From a virus (Duplodnaviria; Heunggongvirae; Uroviricota; Caudoviricetes), in the IMG/VR virus record IMGVR_UViG_3300025838_000019, positions 38,640 to 102,639 of that record: a DNA stretch of 64,000 nt, one strand, 5' to 3'. Under the pieces are notes generated by a model that worked only from the letters and a program-made list of their open reading frames with translations, searched no databases and was not told the DNA's origin. Each line of letters opens with the position of its first letter. Position 1 is the first letter of the stretch. A program made the translations under genes and the position numbers. Shown here piece after piece: positions 59,281 to 64,000 of this stretch.

Positions 59281-59854
59281 TTCCACGTAAAATTGCAACC
59301 GAAGAAGATGCGAACCGGTTATACGACCATTTTCTAGAAGATATTGTTGGTCATGACCGTTATCTGAGGTTTGGTTATGCTGCATCCGATGCTAATATAA
59401 TTGACTACTTAGATAAGGCCTTTGATGAATTTGGTTTCAAGAACATGTGGTTTATTGTTGAACACGAAAACGCTGGGGTTGTTGGCTCTGTTCATGTTAC
59501 TTTTTATCCACTAAGCAAAGATGGTGATTATTCTGCTGAAATGGGATTCACCGTTTCACCAGAATTTCGTGGCCAAGGTCTAGGCCAAGAGTTATTCATT
59601 CGTGGTGCAACATGGGCAATGTCTAAAGGCGCAAAGACTCTATTCACTCAATGCCTATCAGATAATAAGGTAATGCAACACATCGCCAAGAAAAATGGCA
59701 TGACTGTTGTAACGATTGCACAAGGTGAAAAAGAAGCCACTATTCAGGCAACAAAAGGTAAAATTCAATCCTACTTTGATGATAAGTACTTTGATAATCT
59801 TGCGTTTGTTGATAAGGCGGTATCTTTACAACAACAAATTTTTAAATCATTATT

Positions 59855-59864
<10 letters not shown>
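59277..59864 (+). CDS. GNAT-family acetyltransferase
   Basis: DRYLRFG, AEMGFTVSPEFRGQGLGQEL acetyl-CoA-binding motif A, DNKVMQHIAKKNG. Confidence 0.9.
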
Positions 59865-59931
<67 letters not shown>

Positions 59932-59949
59932 TTTTTGAAGGAGTATATT

Positions 59950-60171
59950 ATGGATATGGATGTAGCAGCAGAAGTGCTTGCAGGTAGTATTTTGACTGGG
60001 TTATCTCTTATTATTTTTGTATCTACTGTTGTAGTAATTAACAACATCATACACCGATACTGGAAGCCAATTCAGATGTTTAAGTTCTTAGAGTACCCAC
60101 CATCGGTACCGGAAGAATCAAAAATTACCCAAAGTAACGACACTATCACCACGATTAAAAATAACAATTAG
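59950..60171 (+). CDS. Small membrane protein
   Basis: aggag SD; hydrophobic segment LAGSILTGLSLIIFVSTVVVI. Confidence 0.6.
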   Translation: MDMDVAAEVLAGSILTGLSLIIFVSTVVVINNIIHRYWKPIQMFKFLEYPPSVPEESKITQSNDTITTIKNNN

Positions 60172-60197
60172 ACTTTTGATGAAAATAGTGATATACT
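60169..60197 (+). promoter_or_regulatory. Sigma70-type promoter
   Basis: TAGACT-17nt-TATACT with extended -10 TG, upstream of rubrerythrin. Confidence 0.6.
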
Positions 60198-60241
60198 ATC
60201 ATAAGTAATTATTTGATTGCTAAACTTTATAAAGGAAAAAT

Positions 60242-60691
60242 ATGTCAGTTACAATGAAAAATCTTGAGAGTGCATTGGCAGGCGAATCAATGGCTCACAT
60301 CAAGTACCGTTATTTTGCTAAGTTGGCTCGTGCAGAAGGCTTTGAAGAAGTTGCAAAACACTTCGAACACACTGCTGACCAAGAAATTCTCCATGCATGG
60401 GGTCATTTAGAGTTACTAATTGGTAAACCAACAACTAAGAAATGCTTAGAACTTGCCATTGAAGGTGAGACACATGAATTCACAACCATGTATCCTGGTT
60501 TTGTTACCGATGCACAACAAGAAGGTCATCGTGCAGTAACAGAATTCCAAGAACAGGTTGACGAGTCTCAACAACATGCGGAACAATTCAAGAAAGTTCT
60601 AGAGATGGCTGAGAAACGTTTTGCTGCATTGGCTAAAGTTGAAAAACGTCATGCAGAAGCATATCAAGTTAAACTAGGAGAAATGAAATGA
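60242..60691 (+). CDS. Rubrerythrin (di-iron four-helix bundle)
   Basis: NLESALAGESMA..KY.YFA, EILHAWGH, AIEGETHE...MYP, ESQQHA. Confidence 0.92.
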   Translation: MSVTMKNLESALAGESMAHIKYRYFAKLARAEGFEEVAKHFEHTADQEILHAWGHLELLIGKPTTKKCLELAIEGETHEFTTMYPGFVTDAQQEGHRAVTEFQEQVDESQQHAEQFKKVLEMAEKRFAALAKVEKRHAEAYQVKLGEMK

Positions 60692-60819
60692 GCGAAAGAA
60701 TTTACGTTTGTGTAGTTTGTGGCCACCAATTGTCTGAAGCAGACTGGTTGAGTCTTCCTGATGAAGTCAACTGTCCAGAATGTGGTGTTTCTAAAAATGA
60801 TTATGTGTTGATGGAATGA
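60688..60819 (+). CDS. Rubredoxin-like protein (43 aa, absent from the ORF track)
   Basis: MSERIYVCVVCGHQLSEADWLSLPDEVNCPECGVSKNDYVLME: CxxCG...CPxCG; ATGA overlaps at both ends. Confidence 0.85.
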   Translation: MSERIYVCVVCGHQLSEADWLSLPDEVNCPECGVSKNDYVLME

Positions 60820-61250
60820 AAGAAAAGTTTCGTAATGCGTATATGAGGGTGGCAGAGACTTTCGCAGGATTGTCTTCTGCCAGACGACTTCATGTTGGTG
60901 CCATTATTGTCAAAGATGACCGTATCATAAGTATTGGTTATAACGGAATGCCATCCGGTTGGAACAATAATTGCGAGTTTGAATTCACTAATGAACAAAC
61001 AAAAATAACAGAACTGGTAACTAAAGCTGAGGTTTTACATGCTGAAACAAATGCGATTGCAAAGTTGGCTAAATCGACCGAATCTGGTGATGGCGCTACT
61101 ATGTTCGTTACCCACGCTCCTTGTTTGGACTGTGCCAAGTTGGTATATCAGAGTGGCATCAGTAACGTGTTCTATCGTGATGCTTACCGGAATGATAGTG
61201 GAATTTTATTCCTTGAAAAAGCCGGAGTTAAGGTAGAGCAGATTCGATAA
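60816..61250 (+). CDS. dCMP deaminase
   Basis: VGAIIV, GYNGMP, HAETNAI, HAPCLDC zinc motifs. Confidence 0.93.
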   Translation: MKEKFRNAYMRVAETFAGLSSARRLHVGAIIVKDDRIISIGYNGMPSGWNNNCEFEFTNEQTKITELVTKAEVLHAETNAIAKLAKSTESGDGATMFVTHAPCLDCAKLVYQSGISNVFYRDAYRNDSGILFLEKAGVKVEQIR

Positions 61251-61281
61251 ATAGGTCGAGGACAACTCCTTGGAGAAACTG

Positions 61282-61818
61282 ATGCAACTAAGTATCATAA
61301 AATGTCCCGATAAAGAAAGATTTCGTCCTTTTGTGAAGCGTGCAACACACTTCTTTGCAGAAGAACTAATGACTAAAAATATGTTGGAAAACATACACTT
61401 AACCATCAAGTTTGATAAATCACTTGAGGTTTGTGGATACGCATCTGTTGAGGAATACACATACTCTGGTAAAGCCAGAGAATTTTTGGTAGAAGTAAAT
61501 CCAAATATCGGTGCAAGAGAAATCTTGGAAACCATTGCACATGAAATGGTGCATGTCAAACAGTATGCTTACAGTGAAACCAACGAACGCCTAACCAGAT
61601 GGAAAGGTGAATATATATCTGATGATGTAGATTACTACAGTCAACCGTGGGAAATTGAAGCTTATGGTATGGCAGTAGGCCTACTTAACAAATTTGTGGT
61701 GAAAGAAAAATTGTGGGAAGTCTTTGAAGGTATTGCCAATCCAGACTCTCCAATTGAAAAGATACCTTTAGGATGGAAACGTTATGCAGAAGATTGTGTT
61801 AGTGACAGGAGGATTTGA
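61282..61818 (+). CDS. Zinc metallopeptidase-like protein (HExxH)
   Basis: LETIAHEMVHVKQY and YYSQPWEIEAY; ggag SD before the ATG at 61282. Confidence 0.75.
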   Translation: MQLSIIKCPDKERFRPFVKRATHFFAEELMTKNMLENIHLTIKFDKSLEVCGYASVEEYTYSGKAREFLVEVNPNIGAREILETIAHEMVHVKQYAYSETNERLTRWKGEYISDDVDYYSQPWEIEAYGMAVGLLNKFVVKEKLWEVFEGIANPDSPIEKIPLGWKRYAEDCVSDRRI

Positions 61819-62545
61819 TCCTCTACATTCAGGTCACATTCAATATTTTAAAGAAGCCGCAAAACTCGGCGACTTATTGATTGTTGGTTTGAATAGTGAT
61901 GCATGGTTAGAACGCAAAAAAGGTCGTGCGTTTATGCCTTTGAATGAACGCAAAACAATCATAGAACACCTTTCAATCCTTGATGCAGTTATCACATATA
62001 ACGATGATGACAATTCAAGCAGAGCTGCAATTTTAAAAGTAAGAGAAATCTGGCCAGATGCAAGAATTATTTTTGCAAACGGTGGTGATAGAACACAATC
62101 AAATATTCCAGAAATGGATGTTGTAGATGACAACCTTGAATTTGTTTTTGGTGTAGGTGGTGAGAATAAGAAAAATTCTTCTTCATGGATTCTAAAAGAA
62201 TGGAAAGCACCAAAGACTGACAGAGCTTGGGGTTACTATCGTGTTCTACATGAAGTACCTGGAATGAAAGTCAAAGAGTTGACTGTAGAACCTGGCAAAT
62301 CTTTGAGTATGCAAAGACATTCACATCGTGCTGAGTATTGGATCGTTAGTGAAGGTTGTTGTGTTGTGAATAGTATGATGAATGGTGGTTATGCATTACC
62401 TCCTCTGTTGTTAAACAAACACGATGAATACAAAGTGCCTGTAGGTTCATGGCACCAACTAACTAATCCATTCGATCATCCTTGCAAGATTGTAGAGATA
62501 CAATATGGTCTTGAATGTGATGAAGAAGATATCGAAAGAAAATAA
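61784..62545 (+). CDS. Cytidylyltransferase-like domain fused to a mannose-6-phosphate-isomerase-type cupin
   Basis: GGFDPLHSGH (HxGH), VGLNSD, ANGGDR; C-terminal RAWGYYRVL...KVKELTVEPGKSLSMQRH.HRAEYWIV. Confidence 0.88.
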   Translation: MQKIVLVTGGFDPLHSGHIQYFKEAAKLGDLLIVGLNSDAWLERKKGRAFMPLNERKTIIEHLSILDAVITYNDDDNSSRAAILKVREIWPDARIIFANGGDRTQSNIPEMDVVDDNLEFVFGVGGENKKNSSSWILKEWKAPKTDRAWGYYRVLHEVPGMKVKELTVEPGKSLSMQRHSHRAEYWIVSEGCCVVNSMMNGGYALPPLLLNKHDEYKVPVGSWHQLTNPFDHPCKIVEIQYGLECDEEDIERK

Positions 62546-62570
62546 TTTAATAAATATACCAAAATAGTTG

Positions 62571-62599
62571 TTGCCAAGGCTCAAAAGTTCCTATATAAT
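62571..62599 (+). promoter_or_regulatory. Sigma70-type promoter driving the tRNA-array leader
   Basis: TTGCCA-17nt-TATAAT; a late-type AATAAATA lies at 62549-56. Confidence 0.8.
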
Positions 62600-62632
62600 A
62601 CAAACATTGAAAAATTTTTAGAAAGAAAATTC

Positions 62633-62758
62633 GTGTCTCTCATATCCCATAAACCCTTTTCGTTGCAACCAGAGTATCGCACAGTTACAAATAATTGTGG
62701 TGATAGCTCATGGGCGATTCAAAAAGGTGGGTTTTGTGTAGAGGGATGGGACGAATAA
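62633..62758 (+). CDS. Putative leader peptide (41 aa, GTG start)
   Basis: MSLISHKPFSLQPEYRTVTNNCGDSSWAIQKGGFCVEGWDE; purine-rich AGAAAGAAAA upstream; embedded in attenuator-like structure. Confidence 0.55.
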   Translation: MSLISHKPFSLQPEYRTVTNNCGDSSWAIQKGGFCVEGWDE

Positions 62759-62785
62759 CAAAGTTCTAAAAAAGATACCAAACGC

Positions 62786-62820
62786 AAAACCCTAGTCAGA
62801 GAAATCTACTAGGGTTTTTT
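62786..62820 (+). terminator. Intrinsic terminator (attenuator 3:4 hairpin)
   Basis: AAAACCCTAGT(62786-96)/ACTAGGGTTTT(62808-18) with inner AGA-GAAA-TCT; T6 run followed by GTTTGTTGTTTT. Confidence 0.85.
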
Positions 62821-62824
62821 GTTT

Positions 62825-62875
62825 GTTGTTTTGAAACAACAAGTGTATTGACAAGAATCTCGGTTCTGATACAAT
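62825..62875 (+). promoter_or_regulatory. tRNA-array promoter with upstream palindrome
   Basis: GTTGT-N6-ACAAC (62825-40), TTGACA (62848-53), 16 nt, TACAAT (62870-75). Confidence 0.75.
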
Positions 62876-62882
62876 ACACACA

Positions 62883-62898
62883 TGTTCTTTAAAAATTT
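62883..62898 (+). promoter_or_regulatory. rrn-type boxA antitermination element
   Basis: TGTTCTTTAAAAATTT; first 12 nt match E. coli rrn boxA TGCTCTTTAACA at 10/12. Confidence 0.65.
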
Positions 62899-62916
62899 GT
62901 AGAGTCAAAAAATTGT

Positions 62917-62992
62917 TCCCTGTTCGCCTAGTGGTCTAAGGCACCGGTCTTTGAAATCGGTATCATTGGTTCGAATCCAATACGGGGTGCCA
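62917..62992 (+). tRNA. tRNA-Gln(UUG)
   Basis: Cloverleaf; anticodon arm CCGGT-CTTTGAA-ATCGG; T loop TTCGAAT; G73-CCA; U1:U72 mismatch. Confidence 0.9.
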
Positions 62993-63067
62993 TATAAAAA
63001 CACATTACTCTGCTGTCTTTTACGGTGGAGAGGATTGTCTATTACGGTCCGTTAGTGTGTTTCTATA
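62993..63067 (+). ncRNA. Structured three-way-junction RNA between two tRNAs
   Basis: Closing stem with 14 of 15 pairs (62993-63007/63053-63067) enclosing two hairpins with near-identical loops. Confidence 0.55.
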
Positions 63068-63068
63068 T

Positions 63069-63160
63069 GGAAGCGTGGTCGAGTCTGGTTTATGGCAGCA
63101 GTCTTGAAAACTGCCGGCTCAGGAATGGGTCCGTGAGTTCGAATCTCACCGCTTCCACCA
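63069..63160 (+). tRNA. tRNA-Ser(UGA)
   Basis: Acceptor GGAAGCG/CGCTTCC, anticodon arm GCAGT-CTTGAAA-ACTGC, long variable arm, encoded CCA. Confidence 0.92.
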
Positions 63161-63166
63161 AACAAC

Positions 63167-63258
63167 GGTGAGTTGGATGAGCGGTTTAAATCGGCAACCT
63201 GCTAAGTTGTTGTGTGTAGAAATATGCACCGTGGGTTCAAATCCCACACTCACCACCA
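63167..63258 (+). tRNA. tRNA-Ser(GCU)
   Basis: Acceptor GGTGAGT/ACTCACC, anticodon arm GCAAC-CTGCTAA-GTTGT, long variable arm, encoded CCA. Confidence 0.92.
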
Positions 63259-63261
63259 AAT

Positions 63262-63353
63262 GCCTCGGTGGCTTGGTAGTCAGAGAGTCCTTATAAGACT
63301 TTTAGCGCCAGATTAGCGTTCTTGAGAAGGTTCGATTCCTTCCCGAGGTACCA
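63262..63353 (+). tRNA. Atypical tRNA with UAU anticodon (nominally Ile)
   Basis: Acceptor GCCTCGG/CCGAGGT, T arm GAAGG-TTCGATT-CCTTC, loop CT-TAT-AA, encoded CCA; shrunken D arm and long variable arm. Confidence 0.75.
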
Positions 63354-63368
63354 AATGAAAGTGAGATT

Positions 63369-63605
63369 ATGTGGAAAGTTTATTTGAGTGATCGTGATTG
63401 TTTTTTCAAAACATTGGATGAAGCAATGAAGTTTGCAACCAATGAAACAAACGAATTTGTAACCATCACCGATGGAACCACGGAAATTGTGGGTAAGTTT
63501 GGTGTTGATGCAGTAGAAAACAAAGTTCTACCGGATGGTGGAACATACGATTGGACTATGAGGCGTGATGAAACACACCGTAGTTCAAGGAAAAAGTTAG
63601 TGTAG
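63369..63605 (+). CDS. Hypothetical protein inside the tRNA array
   Basis: 78-aa ORF with a weak SD (gtgag); stop codon overlaps the first bases of tRNA-Cys. Confidence 0.55.
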   Translation: MWKVYLSDRDCFFKTLDEAMKFATNETNEFVTITDGTTEIVGKFGVDAVENKVLPDGGTYDWTMRRDETHRSSRKKLV

Positions 63606-63677
63606 GCATGACCCGAATGGCTAGGGACTGGATTGCAAACTCAGTATATGCAGGTTCGACTCCTGTTGCCTACTCCA
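63602..63677 (+). tRNA. tRNA-Cys(GCA)
   Basis: Acceptor GTAGGCA/TGCCTAC, loop TT-GCA-AA, U73 discriminator (Cys identity element), encoded CCA; imperfect anticodon stem. Confidence 0.88.
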
Positions 63678-63678
63678 A

Positions 63679-63729
63679 GTTGTAAAAAAACAACAAGACG
63701 GTTGACAAACTATCTGGTTGTGATACAAT
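63679..63729 (+). promoter_or_regulatory. tRNA-array promoter P1 with upstream palindrome
   Basis: GTTGT-N6-ACAAC (63679-94), TTGACA (63702-07), 16 nt, TACAAT (63724-29). Confidence 0.75.
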
Positions 63730-63766
63730 ACATTCATGTTTTGAGAAATCGAAACAAAAAACAGAT

Positions 63767-63817
63767 GTTGTAATCATACAACAACTGGTTGCCAAGTAAG
63801 TGATGTTCTGATACAAT
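63767..63817 (+). promoter_or_regulatory. tRNA-array promoter P2 with upstream palindrome
   Basis: GTTGT-N6-ACAAC (63767-82), TTGCCA (63789-94), 17 nt, TACAAT (63812-17). Confidence 0.75.
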
Positions 63818-63824
63818 ACTTACT

Positions 63825-63840
63825 TGTTCTTTAAAAATTT
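63825..63840 (+). promoter_or_regulatory. rrn-type boxA antitermination element (second copy)
   Basis: TGTTCTTTAAAAATTT, part of a 27-nt exact repeat of 62883-62909. Confidence 0.65.
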
Positions 63841-63852
63841 GTAGAGTCAAAT

Positions 63853-63927
63853 GCACGATTCGTCTATCGGTTAGGACGCTGCCCTTTCAAGGCGGAAAGA
63901 CGAGTTCGATTCTCGTATCGTGTACCA
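63853..63927 (+). tRNA. tRNA-Glu(UUC)
   Basis: Acceptor GCACGAT/ATCGTGT, anticodon arm CTGCC-CTTTCAA-GGCGG, encoded CCA. Confidence 0.92.
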
Positions 63928-64000
63928 TACTAAAACACATTGGGTTACCAACTCCAGTAGGTGACTGGCAGAGAATTTCAGCAGCCGTGCTGACTCTGGC

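Noticed and set aside
62825-62840. GTTGT-N6-ACAAC as a LexA or Fis site
   Set aside because: It does not match CTGT-N8-ACAG, GAAC-N4-GTTC or GTTC-N7-GTTC, and the outer G-C spacing is 14 rather than the 13 of Fis; left unassigned.
62825-63851. CRISPR array or att sites from the repeated sequences in the tRNA region
   Set aside because: The repeats are promoter, boxA and operator elements at irregular spacing; there is no repeat-spacer periodicity, cas gene or integrase.

Overview
64-kb segment of a lytic T4-like myophage of the cyanophage/freshwater proteobacterial-phage type, about 36-40% GC by eye, with every credible gene on the + strand. Order: baseplate wedge genes (gp6 cut by the window edge, gp7, gp8), a DUF4815-type virion gene split in two, a block of fibre/adhesin genes, the neck-terminase-tail-head module (gp13-gp23, gp3), recombination/late transcription/replication genes (uvsY, uvsW, gp55, gp47, gp46, gp45, gp44, gp62, regA), host-interaction genes (peptide deformylase, Hsp20, GNAT, rubrerythrin/rubredoxin, dCMP deaminase, sugar-nucleotide enzymes) and the start of a tRNA array (7 tRNA genes in the window). 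The strongest unexplained signal is at 62.57-64.0 kb. A sigma70 promoter drives an unannotated 41-codon leader peptide that uses every amino acid and sits in a terminator/antiterminator attenuator upstream of the tRNA array. The array also carries rrn-type boxA elements, a repeated palindromic operator and tRNA-sized structured RNAs. Other notable items are a Pro/Gly-KIIC-transmembrane cassette splitting the DUF4815 gene, an atypical tRNA with a UAU anticodon, and a ROSE-like thermometer upstream of hsp20. All family assignments come from motif recognition by eye; no database search was run.
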